Part shown: one piece after another, positions 20,387-29,810 of the stretch | How the letters are laid out: every line of letters begins with the position of its first letter | Position numbering within the stretch: the stretch's first letter is position 1 | Source of the DNA: Candidatus Versatilivorator sp. | Lineage (GTDB): Bacteria > Acidobacteriota > Terriglobia > Versatilivoradales > Versatilivoraceae | Assembly (NCBI GenBank): GCA_965207735.1 | Contig: OZ242296.1 | Coordinates: 3,584,001 to 3,648,000, forward strand | DNA length: 64,000 bases | Direction of reading: 5' to 3' | The notes under the pieces: generated by a model | Databases searched by the model: none | The model's input: only the letters and a program-made list of their open reading frames with translations | Told to the model about the DNA's origin: nothing | Made by a program: the position numbers and the translations under genes

Positions 20387-21463
20387 ATGAAGCTGGGAAC
20401 TTTCATGATGCCGCTCCATCCTCCGGAGAAATCCCGGACCGAGTGCTTCGAGGAGGACGTGGAGTACGTTCTGCTGGCCGAAGCCCTGGGCTTCACCGAG
20501 GCCTGGATCGGCCAGCACCACACGCTGGCCTGGGAACCCATTCCCTCCAACGATCTTTTCATCGCCCATGTCCTGCCCATCACCAGCAAGATCCGGCTGG
20601 GGACCGGGGTTTCGATCATTCCCCAGCACCACCCCGCCAACATCGCCATCCGACTGTCGATGTTGGATCACCTCTCGAAGGGGCGCCTCAATTGCGGCTT
20701 CGGTCAGGGGGGCGTGCCCACCGACTGGGAACTGTTCGACCTGCCGGACCCCCAGACCCAGGGCCTGATGACTCTCGAGGGGATCGACATGATCCTGAAG
20801 CTCTGGCAAACGGAGGCACCCTTCGACTTTCAAGGGAAGTTTTGGCGCATCAGGATTCAGAGCCCGAGGCAGGAATTGGGAATCGGGACCATTCTGCAGC
20901 CCTACCAGAAGCCTCACCCTCCCATCGGCATGAGCATCGTGCGAGGAGACTCGCGGGCTGCCTTCATGGCCGGCCAGCGCGGCTATCTCCCCCTTAGCAC
21001 CAACCTGATTCCAGATACCACGGCTGCTCAGCACTGGCACCACTATTGCCGGGGCGCCGAGGAGGCCGGTCAGCCGCCTCCCAGCCGCGACCTCTGGAGG
21101 GTGTCCCGCAGCGTCTACGTGGGCGAATCCAGGGACGAAGCCTGGGATCACCTCATGACCGGCAATGTGGCCCGCTCATTCGAGTATCTCCTGGGGCTGT
21201 TGAAGTCAGCCAAGATGCTTCACCTGGCCAAGCACGATCCCGGGATACCCGACGAGGAGGTGACTCCCGAATATGCCGTGAAGCATCTCTGCATCATGGG
21301 CAACGTCAAGGAGTGCATTCGTCAGCTGGAGGAGGTCTGGGAGGTGACCGGAGGATTCGGGACCCTGTTGATGACCTCCAAGGATTGGGACGACAAGGAC
21401 AAGTGGCGCCGTTCCATGAAACTGTTGGCTGAGGAAGTGGTCCCGGCGCTACCCACCGTCTGA
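20387..21463 (+). CDS. LLM-class (luciferase-like) flavin-dependent monooxygenase
   Basis: MKLGTFMMPLHPP, EAWIGQHH, IRLGTG, LDHLSKGR, PYQKPHPPI; AGGAGG RBS before ATG 20387. Confidence 0.88.
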   Translation: MKLGTFMMPLHPPEKSRTECFEEDVEYVLLAEALGFTEAWIGQHHTLAWEPIPSNDLFIAHVLPITSKIRLGTGVSIIPQHHPANIAIRLSMLDHLSKGRLNCGFGQGGVPTDWELFDLPDPQTQGLMTLEGIDMILKLWQTEAPFDFQGKFWRIRIQSPRQELGIGTILQPYQKPHPPIGMSIVRGDSRAAFMAGQRGYLPLSTNLIPDTTAAQHWHHYCRGAEEAGQPPPSRDLWRVSRSVYVGESRDEAWDHLMTGNVARSFEYLLGLLKSAKMLHLAKHDPGIPDEEVTPEYAVKHLCIMGNVKECIRQLEEVWEVTGGFGTLLMTSKDWDDKDKWRRSMKLLAEEVVPALPTV

Positions 21464-21488
21464 GACAAGGAACCTTGTTCGCGCCCAG

Positions 21489-21559
21489 ATCACTCCCCCC
21501 TTGAGGGGGAGTCGGCAAGAGACAGGGGCGAGGCCCGCAGTCGAGCCGGAGGGGGGCAA
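21489..21559 (+). repeat. Palindromic REP-like element (ACTCCCCCCTTGAGGGGGAGT family)
   Basis: Hairpin core; near-identical to 60663-60732 and inverted at 60495-60561; lies between convergent genes. Confidence 0.8.
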
Positions 21560-21608
21560 ACGCCCGTCTCGTTAGTGAACATAAGCGACCCGTTGAGAGA
21601 GGCGGACA

Positions 21609-22973
21609 CTACACCAGCCGCCGAAAACCCGACTGCTTGACGGGGCATTCCAGGTACTTGACCGGGTCGCCCTCCTCCACCGCCTTTCCCACCACGACCA
21701 GGGCCTCGCCAATCCTTTCCAGGGCTTGATCCAGGTCCGCCTGGGAGTGCTGCATGCAGAAAATGAAGCCCGGCCCGCCAATCACACCTCTCTTGGCGGT
21801 TTCCTGCAGGAAAAGGGTGGTCAGGGCGGCGCTTTGATCGCCGGGAACCCCCTCGAAGACCATGGCGGGAAAGGACGGCAGTCCAATCATCCGGAAGGAT
21901 AGCCCCAGCTCCCGGAAAATCCCGCTCAAGCCTTTCATGAAGCTGCGGCCGATGTCCTGGATGATCCCACTGACGTTTCGGGCGCGGTATTCCTGCAGGG
22001 TGGCCTTGCAGGCTGCCAGGCCGGTGGCTTCCGCCCAGTAGACGCTGCTGATGAAGGAGTCCAGAGCCACCTCCATGATCTCCCGTTTGCCCACCACTGC
22101 TCCCAGGGCAAAGCCGTTGGAAATGCACTTGGCGAAGGTGGCCATATCGGGGACGACCCCGAAAAACTCCTGGGCGCCGCCCAGAGCGGTGCGGAACCCC
22201 GTAACCACCTCATCGAAGATCAGAACCACTCCGTGGTCCCGGGTGAGCCGGCGCACTCCTTCCAGATAGCCGGGGTCGGGGGTGTAGGTGCGAGCCGCTT
22301 CCATGATCACGCAGGCCACCTCACCCCGGTTCTCCTCCAACAGCTTTCGCAACGAGTCCAGATTGTTGTATTCAAAAGCCAGGGTGGTGTCCAGCAGACC
22401 CTTGGGAACTCCCCGCGGGGCGATCCCGTGCATCAGGTGTTTTTCCAGAGCGGCACCCGGGGCCAGATTGGCCGACAGGTACCAGTCGTGCCAGCCGTGA
22501 TAGCCGCAAAAGGCCACCTTGTCCCTGCCGGTAGCTGCCCGGGCGATGCGGACGGCTACCATGTCCGACTCCCCGCCGCCCTTGCAGAAGCGCACCATTT
22601 CGGCGCAGGGAACGATCTCGGCCAACAATTCGGCGGCCTCGATCTCCAGGGGGTGGTTGACGGTCAACCCGGTGCCTCTGGCGGCCTGCTCCTGAACGGC
22701 CCGGACCACGCTGGGGAAGGCATGTCCCAGAAGGACCGAGCCGGCGCCGAGATTGAAGTCCAGGTACTCGTTGCCGTCCACGTCCCATAGTCGGCAGCCT
22801 TGCTGGCGGTGGCTGTAGACAGGCGATATCCCCTGGGCGTGAAGTTCGGCGCGCCTTCCGAACAGGTGGGTGCGACCGGCGATCAGTTGGTCGGCCCTGC
22901 GATAGAGCCGGGTGGATTCGGGGACTCGCGTCCCGAGGGTCAGGGCGCTGCGGCCCTGGGCTGCTGGATTCAT
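21609..22973 (-). CDS. Class III PLP-dependent aminotransferase (glutamate-1-semialdehyde aminomutase-like)
   Basis: WDVDGNEYLD, GYHGWHDW, LIFDEVVTGFR, PDMATFAK (PLP lysine). Confidence 0.85.
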   Translation of the reverse strand: MNPAAQGRSALTLGTRVPESTRLYRRADQLIAGRTHLFGRRAELHAQGISPVYSHRQQGCRLWDVDGNEYLDFNLGAGSVLLGHAFPSVVRAVQEQAARGTGLTVNHPLEIEAAELLAEIVPCAEMVRFCKGGGESDMVAVRIARAATGRDKVAFCGYHGWHDWYLSANLAPGAALEKHLMHGIAPRGVPKGLLDTTLAFEYNNLDSLRKLLEENRGEVACVIMEAARTYTPDPGYLEGVRRLTRDHGVVLIFDEVVTGFRTALGGAQEFFGVVPDMATFAKCISNGFALGAVVGKREIMEVALDSFISSVYWAEATGLAACKATLQEYRARNVSGIIQDIGRSFMKGLSGIFRELGLSFRMIGLPSFPAMVFEGVPGDQSAALTTLFLQETAKRGVIGGPGFIFCMQHSQADLDQALERIGEALVVVGKAVEEGDPVKYLECPVKQSGFRRLV

Positions 22974-23398
22974 CGTTTCACCTCTTCCTCGATAATTTGG
23001 CCATTTTCACGCTTCCCCGGTGAAACAAACGGGCCAACGAATTCCGGCGAGCGGCAGACGGTCGGGCGAGTGCGGATGCCGTGCAGAGTCGCATTGCCGC
23101 CCTTGCTGTCGCCGTTGAGTGTCTTCACCCGCCCTGTGCCGTTCTTGATTCCGGGGCCAAAGATTATATAAATGTTCGTTACGTGATAGATTCTTATTTC
23201 TGGGCCTTGCGCCGAATGACTTAAGTGGGATCTTCCGGTGGCTGGTCCAGACAATAGAGTGGATGTGCCAAGCCGAGTTTCTCTTTGGGGCGCGCTCATG
23301 CGGCGGCCTCGCTTCCCGCGCTCGCCGCTAAGATGTCGCCTCCGGCGAGGAATGCGGCTGAACCGCGTCCGACGTGATTTCAGGGAAAGGTCTTGACA

Positions 23399-23746
23399 AT
23401 GCGCAGACTAAATCAGTTGCCGTGGAGCCCGGATTCCAATTTAGCCAGAAGGGCTTCCCATATATCCGAAAGAGATAGTGCCAACGCGTGTGATCCACGC
23501 GAGCTCAAGCGGTCACCCTCAAGACCGCGTCCGGCTTGGTGGGCGCTCCTCACCTTCTATTGGCTTCTATTCCCGCCGCCGACCTACGCCTACATCGACC
23601 CCGGGACCGGCAGCTACATTCTGCAGGTGGTGATCGCAGGCCTGTTGGGCGCATTGGTTTCTGTCAGGATCTATTGGGCAAGGATCAAGGCCTTCTTCAA
23701 GGGAAACCCGCCATCGGGTGGAAATGATCCGGGCAAGCATGAGTGA
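23399..23746 (+). CDS. Small membrane protein with YIDPGTGS motif (start uncertain)
   Basis: Hydrophobic stretch, then TYA|YIDPGTGS, then a TM helix and basic tail; stop overlaps the next ATG by 8 nt. Confidence 0.65.
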   Translation: MRRLNQLPWSPDSNLARRASHISERDSANACDPRELKRSPSRPRPAWWALLTFYWLLFPPPTYAYIDPGTGSYILQVVIAGLLGALVSVRIYWARIKAFFKGNPPSGGNDPGKHE

Positions 23747-25130
23747 TTCGATCGAAGGCCTGCCTTCCTCCTTTCGCGATCCCAGCGGATTTCTGTTTCT
23801 CGACCAGGGTGTGCTCTACCGGCAGGTCAATCGCAGTTACCGCGAAGACTATGACCACTTCGTGGGCTCCGGTCTGTTCGATAGCCTGGTGGATGCGGGA
23901 CTTTTGGTCGCTCACCGGGAAGTCACGCCGCCGGGGCCGGAGCCGCAGGAACGCTACAAGACTCTCAGGCCGGAGCCGCTGCCCTTCATCTCCTATCCCT
24001 TCGAGTGGAGCTTCAGCCAGCTCCAGGATGCCGCCCTGACCACGCTGGCGATCCAAAAGCGAAGCCTGGAACATGGCATGTCCCTCAAGGACGGCACCGC
24101 CTACAATATCCAGTTCCGGGAGGGGAAACCCCTGTTTATCGATACCTTGTCCTTTGAAAGGTACTCGGAGGGCCGGCCCTGGACAGCCTATCGTCAATTC
24201 TGCCAGCATTTTCTGGCGCCTCTGGCGCTGGCTAGCTACTCCGATATTCGACTCGGCCAGTTGCTCCGGATTCACCTGGACGGGATTCCTTTGGACCTGG
24301 CCAGTCACCTGCTACCCTTTCACACCCGATTCCGGTTTTCCCTGCTGACCCACCTTCATCTTCACGCCAAGGCCCAGACGCACTTTGCCGACAAGCCCGT
24401 GCGCCAAGTCCACCGGTCCGTCAGCCGCAGGGCGCTGCAGGGCTTGATCGAGAACCTGGAATCCTGCGTGGCGGCGCTCAATTGGAACACGCCCCAACAG
24501 GAATGGGCTTCCTACTATGGGGAGACCAATTACACGAGTGCGGCCTTTCGGCACAAGGAGCAACTGGTGGGCGAGTATCTGGACCGAATCAACCCCAAAC
24601 CCGATATGGTTTGGGACCTGGGCGCCAACACGGGACTGTTCAGTCGTCTGGCCGCGAGCCGCGGGATGACCACTATCGCCTTCGATCAGGATCCCGCCTG
24701 CGTTGAGCGGAACTACCGGGTCTGCCGGCAGGAAAGGGATACCAACATCCTTCCCCTATGGGTCGACTTGACCAATCCCAGCCCCAACCTGGGATGGCAC
24801 GGGCGTGAACGAATGTCCCTGTTGGATCGAGGCTCCCCGGACGCGGTTCTGGCCCTGGCTCTGATTCACCACCTGGCCATAGCCAACAACCTGCCTCTAT
24901 CCCGGCTGGCTGGTTTTTTCGGCGAACTGTGCCGCACTCTGGTCATTGAGTTCGTCCCCAAGACGGACTCGCAGGTGCAAAGGCTGCTGGCTTCGAGGGA
25001 GGACATCTTTCCGAACTACACCCAGGAGGCCTTTGAGCAGGCTTTCGGACGTTATTTCGAAATCAGAGCGGTCAGCAAGATCAGACAAACGGAGAGGATG
25101 CTGTATCGAATGGAGAGAAAACGACTGTGA
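23739..25130 (+). CDS. NoeA-like protein: N-terminal kinase-like region fused to class I SAM-dependent methyltransferase
   Basis: SFRDPSG, ISYPFEWSF, LKDGTAYNIQF, FIDTLSF; C-terminal VWDLGANTG SAM motif I, LALALIHH. Confidence 0.75.
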   Translation: MSDSIEGLPSSFRDPSGFLFLDQGVLYRQVNRSYREDYDHFVGSGLFDSLVDAGLLVAHREVTPPGPEPQERYKTLRPEPLPFISYPFEWSFSQLQDAALTTLAIQKRSLEHGMSLKDGTAYNIQFREGKPLFIDTLSFERYSEGRPWTAYRQFCQHFLAPLALASYSDIRLGQLLRIHLDGIPLDLASHLLPFHTRFRFSLLTHLHLHAKAQTHFADKPVRQVHRSVSRRALQGLIENLESCVAALNWNTPQQEWASYYGETNYTSAAFRHKEQLVGEYLDRINPKPDMVWDLGANTGLFSRLAASRGMTTIAFDQDPACVERNYRVCRQERDTNILPLWVDLTNPSPNLGWHGRERMSLLDRGSPDAVLALALIHHLAIANNLPLSRLAGFFGELCRTLVIEFVPKTDSQVQRLLASREDIFPNYTQEAFEQAFGRYFEIRAVSKIRQTERMLYRMERKRL

Positions 25131-25187
25131 AACTGCTGCTCATCCGGGGTGGGGACGAGCGAGCCATGTACGGCCACATGACACTGG

Positions 25188-27734
25188 TTACTTGTCCTTC
25201 ACATTCAGGCTGACTCTCACCATGGCCGCGGCCAATCTTCTGACATCCGATCCACCGCCGATGGATTTGGGGGAGATGGCGTCGGGCAGGTCGAATTCGA
25301 TCGTGATTCCCCTGGAGTCGACCAGTTCCTTTGGGATGGTCGCCTGCAACGTGTGAGTTTTTCTCTCGGTGACTGTCCATTCACCGACCTTGTTTCTGTT
25401 GGCTAAAACACGAATGGTTTGCTTGGGCACCCGCTCTTCTCGCAGGAAGGGCCGGAGCACTGCCTGGAGGACGAGATCATTTTCAGGAACGGGCACCGGA
25501 ATATGGAGGCCGGCGAGGTGTCCGCTGGTCCAGCGGAAATTGTCCTGGGCCGTCTTGCTCCACCCCCTACCCAAGAAGGCGTCAGCGTTACCATCCCTTC
25601 CGAATCGAATCTGTGTCCCGTACTGGTAGCCCGGCCAAGGATGCAGGCTGAGGGAACGCATCAAAATGGCCAATTTTCTGCCGTCGCCTCCGGCGCCAAT
25701 CGACCTGGGTGAAACCGCGTTGGGTAGATGGAATCGGATCTCCATCTCCGAAGAATTAACCAGTGCCTTTGGAATTACGGCCCGGAAATGGTGAGCCCTT
25801 TGTCGACTCGCAGACCAGAGATCGATCTTTGTGCCATTGGTAAGGACGTGAATTTGTTGTTCCGGGACCTCCGTTCTGATGTAAGGCCTGAGAGCAGCCT
25901 TCAAGAGGAGATCAGTCTCAGGTACAGCCAACTTGATCTTCAAGCTTGAGCTGTGGCCATTATTCCAGCAGCCGTGACTCATCGGCGAGCTCCACCCGAA
26001 ACCTAGAAAATCGTCTGCATTCCCCAACAGTCCGAAAGTGATGTCGGTACCGAATTCGTACTGGGGTCTCCTTCTCGATACTGCAACGGCCTCGCCACCG
26101 AGGCATGACGCCGGATCAAAAACGTTGCCTCTAATCAAATACTTGGTAACCTCCGGCTCTCCACTGGACGTGCGGTATGTTACGAAAGGACGACTTCTTG
26201 ACTCTCTCGGGGAGATTTCAAAAATAGGTCGGCCGGAAAACCTTCCATCTACTCCACTCGCTTTCATGATGGTCGTTGCAATGTCCAAGAGAGACGTTTG
26301 AGCCCTCGAAACCGTCAGGTCCCCCGACCTTCCTGGAAGCTTCATCGTTAGTAGTGCAGCAAGCCGGGGGACACAGGTATCGATCGTTTTCCCATCGATA
26401 ACCGGTGCAATCTGGCTGCCATGATCGCCTTGCAGAATAATGAGGGATGAATCGTAGAGGTTCAATTCCTTGAGTCGATTCAATAACTTCAGAAAAAGCT
26501 TCAGGATTGCCCGCGCTTCGTTCCGGTAGTTTTCTCTGGTATTGGGAAGGACACGGCCCGCATAACTTCCGTCAGCCCGGGTGACATAGGGAGGGTGTGG
26601 CGGTATGAGGTGGAGGAAGTGATAGGCCGGTTGGGGATCGCCCACAAAAATGCTCCCCGCGTAGTCATTGAAGAACGCCTTTTTCTGGAAGGAAGAGACA
26701 TTCCTGTGTCCGGCCACCAGCGGTGTGATCAACCAATTGTTGTCGTTGTAGATTCCATAGCGAGCCCAATGGGGAAGTTGCCGAAACAACGCCACATCCA
26801 TGAGGTGGGCGGCGTTGAGTTGAACCACTTCCTCCGGCGAACCCATGTAAACTCTTGGGATGCTGTAGTAGTTCGTGTACTTGCCTTCCCGCATGGACTC
26901 CAAGGGAACCAGGTTCACGTTATATCCTTCATCGTACAGACGGTTTTGAAATCCATTCCGGACCGATTCTCGGTAATAGCTTCCCGGAAGCTGTTTCCCA
27001 TCATAAATCTGACCGGAGAAGATGGCCGGAATCGAAAACGAAGTGTAGGGAGCAACCCCCATGTTGTCTTCGAACAGAACAAAGCCCTCCAGGTCATCTT
27101 CCAGTTGCTGCTCGACCACCAGTTCCCTGAAAACGTCGGTTTGAAAGCTGTCCAAAATAATGTGAACGATGTTCTTTGAAGAGGAATAGCCAAGCAACTC
27201 GGTTGGAACTCGGTGCTGGGCGGTGTACTCCTTCCACCACAGTCCTCCTTCGGAAGTGAGGCTTAGTGTCAACATCAAAACCGATTGGAGACCAATCAGC
27301 GTCCAGCTGGCATGTGAGGTGATGTTGATCAGGTAGCGTGAAAAACCCAGGCCGGCTGCCAAGACCAGGACCCATAGCGACGCATCCATCCAACCTCGCA
27401 GGCCAAACTGCGACCAATCGATTCCTCTTCCATCGAAGACTCCGTAGGTTCCCACCAGAAAGCTTCCTTGAACCCAGAGCAGTAGTCCGAGGCAAAAGAT
27501 TGTGCACACGAGTCCCTTTACGGCTCGGCTCGGAATCATGAAGCCGATCAGAAGGAATGCGGCAGTGAACAGAAGACTGGAAAGACCGTATATGGGGAGG
27601 AGGCTCCGATAGCCTACTTCGAACTCCTCGAGGTTCCCCCGGTATACGGAAAAAGTCCCGAAAACAAATAGATTGGCGGAAACCAATAGAGAGGGAGGCA
27701 GTACTTGTTTCAGCCTGTGCATTGGTCGGAGCAT
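25188..27734 (-). CDS. Membrane alkaline-phosphatase/sulfatase-superfamily transferase with duplicated C-terminal beta domain
   Basis: About five N-terminal TM helices, ILDSFQ, PYTSFSIP (Thr at the nucleophile position), HPPY, GDHG; two ~140-aa C-terminal repeats containing GWS...W. Confidence 0.75.
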   Translation of the reverse strand: MLRPMHRLKQVLPPSLLVSANLFVFGTFSVYRGNLEEFEVGYRSLLPIYGLSSLLFTAAFLLIGFMIPSRAVKGLVCTIFCLGLLLWVQGSFLVGTYGVFDGRGIDWSQFGLRGWMDASLWVLVLAAGLGFSRYLINITSHASWTLIGLQSVLMLTLSLTSEGGLWWKEYTAQHRVPTELLGYSSSKNIVHIILDSFQTDVFRELVVEQQLEDDLEGFVLFEDNMGVAPYTSFSIPAIFSGQIYDGKQLPGSYYRESVRNGFQNRLYDEGYNVNLVPLESMREGKYTNYYSIPRVYMGSPEEVVQLNAAHLMDVALFRQLPHWARYGIYNDNNWLITPLVAGHRNVSSFQKKAFFNDYAGSIFVGDPQPAYHFLHLIPPHPPYVTRADGSYAGRVLPNTRENYRNEARAILKLFLKLLNRLKELNLYDSSLIILQGDHGSQIAPVIDGKTIDTCVPRLAALLTMKLPGRSGDLTVSRAQTSLLDIATTIMKASGVDGRFSGRPIFEISPRESRSRPFVTYRTSSGEPEVTKYLIRGNVFDPASCLGGEAVAVSRRRPQYEFGTDITFGLLGNADDFLGFGWSSPMSHGCWNNGHSSSLKIKLAVPETDLLLKAALRPYIRTEVPEQQIHVLTNGTKIDLWSASRQRAHHFRAVIPKALVNSSEMEIRFHLPNAVSPRSIGAGGDGRKLAILMRSLSLHPWPGYQYGTQIRFGRDGNADAFLGRGWSKTAQDNFRWTSGHLAGLHIPVPVPENDLVLQAVLRPFLREERVPKQTIRVLANRNKVGEWTVTERKTHTLQATIPKELVDSRGITIEFDLPDAISPKSIGGGSDVRRLAAAMVRVSLNVKDK

Positions 27735-27833
27735 GATTCTGGGTCGGGGACGAGTTGTACGACTAATTTACTGTTGAGGGTTTCTTCAATTCGTGGGTGA
27801 CTCCTGAACACTGCTTGAAAAGAGAGACTGAAG

Positions 27834-29810
27834 TTACTCATTGCGGAAGATTACTTTCACCCGAGAGAGGTCCAACGAAGAAGTATCGTAGTCGTAGCGA
27901 ACCAGGTGATCGACAATCCGCTGCAGGTCCTCTGCCGGTGAGAAATCATCCGGACAGGGTCTTGTGTGACCGTTGACCTTCGACGCTATAGCCACGTTCT
28001 TGCGCAACTGAAACTCGAAAACCGTGTCGCATCGAATTACCGACAAACGGCCGAGTGAAAAGAACGGTGGAACATTGTGGGAAGGGGTTATCTGCCTGCG
28101 GGCTACCACCCCGCGCCCATGAATCCGATCGGCTGTGAAAATGGTGCGCCCGGGATTCGGATCCCCCGCGATCAAAGATTGCCCCCTCATCCATCCCGGA
28201 CGATCCATTCCCAGGTAGTCAAGCAAGGTAGGAGCAATATCCAGGTTTTGAGTGTTGGAAGACACTCGGCGTAGGCGGTCATCAGTTGGAAATAGAAACA
28301 TCAAAGGAACCCGTTTCCTGTTGCTGTGCTTGACTCCGTGATCGGACGTGATAACCACGATTGTGTCCTTTAGCAGGTCTCGGTGGGCCAATCCCAGGAG
28401 GATCTTGTTCACGTTGAAATCAAATTGCAATATGGCATCGTCGTAGAAGTCCGTCATCCACGGCTCGTCCTGTGTCTTGCCCTCGGAGAAAACGCGTCGG
28501 TCAGGATTGAATTTCGACCCATGGGTCCCCAGCATGTGGAGGTAGACGAAGAAGGGCTCCTCTCCCTCGGCCAACCACCGCCAGAGTTGGACGATTCGCT
28601 CGGTATCGCCTCGCGACTGGTAGGGGCCTCGAACAAGCTGCTCGAATGCGTCACTCATCCTCTCTACATCGAAGACGTGCAGGAGCCGACTCTCGATCCG
28701 GTCGCGAATCTGGGTCAGGAAGTAGGCGGCCCCCTGTCCAATCGCACCAGTGAGCCACTCCGGCATCAGGAAACCCTTCAGTTCCCTATCATTGGCCCAG
28801 TCAAAGGAATGACGCATATTGAGGTCGTAGGCATCGGCATAGTAACGGAGGCCAATGTTGGCGTTGCGGTATCCGAGCGTTTTCAGGATTGACGGCAGGT
28901 GCTGGTAAGCATCCTTTCCCGTCAGGATATCGGGCGGATATATGAGGCGCGTTTCGGTGGGAAGCTTCCCCGTCAGAATGGAAGCAACGGAAGCGGCCGA
29001 AGGTCCGGCATTGGGGAAGTTATTCTCGCAAAGCAGCGATCTTTCGGCCAGTTTCCTCAGGTAAGGGGTCGTGTCCCTGTCGTAACCGTACAGTGACATA
29101 TGCTCGGCCTCGACACCGTCTCCAACGATCAGGAGCATGTTGGGCAGCGCTCGGTTCTTCAGGTGTGTGCCGACCGGTGTGGACGCTGATATCTTGCGAG
29201 TCCCCACGTAGGCGGTCCCGACCAGCGTGATCGAAACCAATGCGGCGCATGCAGTACCGAGTGAACGACCGAGCCTGTGGCGTGAGATGGCCTGTATCGC
29301 CTGCCAGGTCGGCAAGTAGACCGCCACAGCAATCAACAGCAGAAGCGCCTGATACACCAGCAACCCCTCGGCATCCACGTGCCTGATGCCCCAGCCCAGC
29401 ACCGTCAAGGTGAAGTTGTCGACCATCAGAAAGGCGGCCAGAGCCAGCACCCCTGACGGAAGCACGAGACACACGGCAACCCAAAGAGAGTGGAAAAGGA
29501 GGGGAACCTGGAAGCGAGCCAGCGCGAAGCCGCAGCGAATCAAGGCCCCGACCAGCCAGTACAGCACCAGGGGTGCGACCATCGCCACCAGCACTGGACC
29601 GGAGGAAACCGCGAGAATGAGCAGAGACTCCGACAAAGGCAACGAGGACATGAATGACGGCTTGGTAGCAAAGAATAGCCACTCCATGAACACGTAGAAA
29701 TACACGGCCAAGCATGTAAGTCCGACGATTCGTCCCCAAGTTTCAGGATCCGGGAGCCGGACGGCCTTTGAAGCAACCTCGACCTGTTTGCGCCATTCCC
29801 ATTTCATCAT
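27834..29810 (-). CDS. Membrane sulfatase-like hydrolase/transferase
   Basis: N-terminal TM helices, PNMLLIVGDG, YGYDRDTTPYL, SILTGK, YDDAI, TSDHG; lacks C/SxPxR. Confidence 0.78.
   Translation of the reverse strand: MMKWEWRKQVEVASKAVRLPDPETWGRIVGLTCLAVYFYVFMEWLFFATKPSFMSSLPLSESLLILAVSSGPVLVAMVAPLVLYWLVGALIRCGFALARFQVPLLFHSLWVAVCLVLPSGVLALAAFLMVDNFTLTVLGWGIRHVDAEGLLVYQALLLLIAVAVYLPTWQAIQAISRHRLGRSLGTACAALVSITLVGTAYVGTRKISASTPVGTHLKNRALPNMLLIVGDGVEAEHMSLYGYDRDTTPYLRKLAERSLLCENNFPNAGPSAASVASILTGKLPTETRLIYPPDILTGKDAYQHLPSILKTLGYRNANIGLRYYADAYDLNMRHSFDWANDRELKGFLMPEWLTGAIGQGAAYFLTQIRDRIESRLLHVFDVERMSDAFEQLVRGPYQSRGDTERIVQLWRWLAEGEEPFFVYLHMLGTHGSKFNPDRRVFSEGKTQDEPWMTDFYDDAILQFDFNVNKILLGLAHRDLLKDTIVVITSDHGVKHSNRKRVPLMFLFPTDDRLRRVSSNTQNLDIAPTLLDYLGMDRPGWMRGQSLIAGDPNPGRTIFTADRIHGRGVVARRQITPSHNVPPFFSLGRLSVIRCDTVFEFQLRKNVAIASKVNGHTRPCPDDFSPAEDLQRIVDHLVRYDYDTSSLDLSRVKVIFRNE

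Noticed and set aside
23341-23361. CCGGCGAGGAATGCGGCTG (and TCTCACCAGGG at 37814-37824) as more MITE ends
   Set aside because: Matches too short or degenerate to separate from chance without a genome-wide profile.
23393-23398. TTGACA as -35 box for the YIDPGTGS operon
   Set aside because: No plausible -10 hexamer at 16-18 nt spacing.
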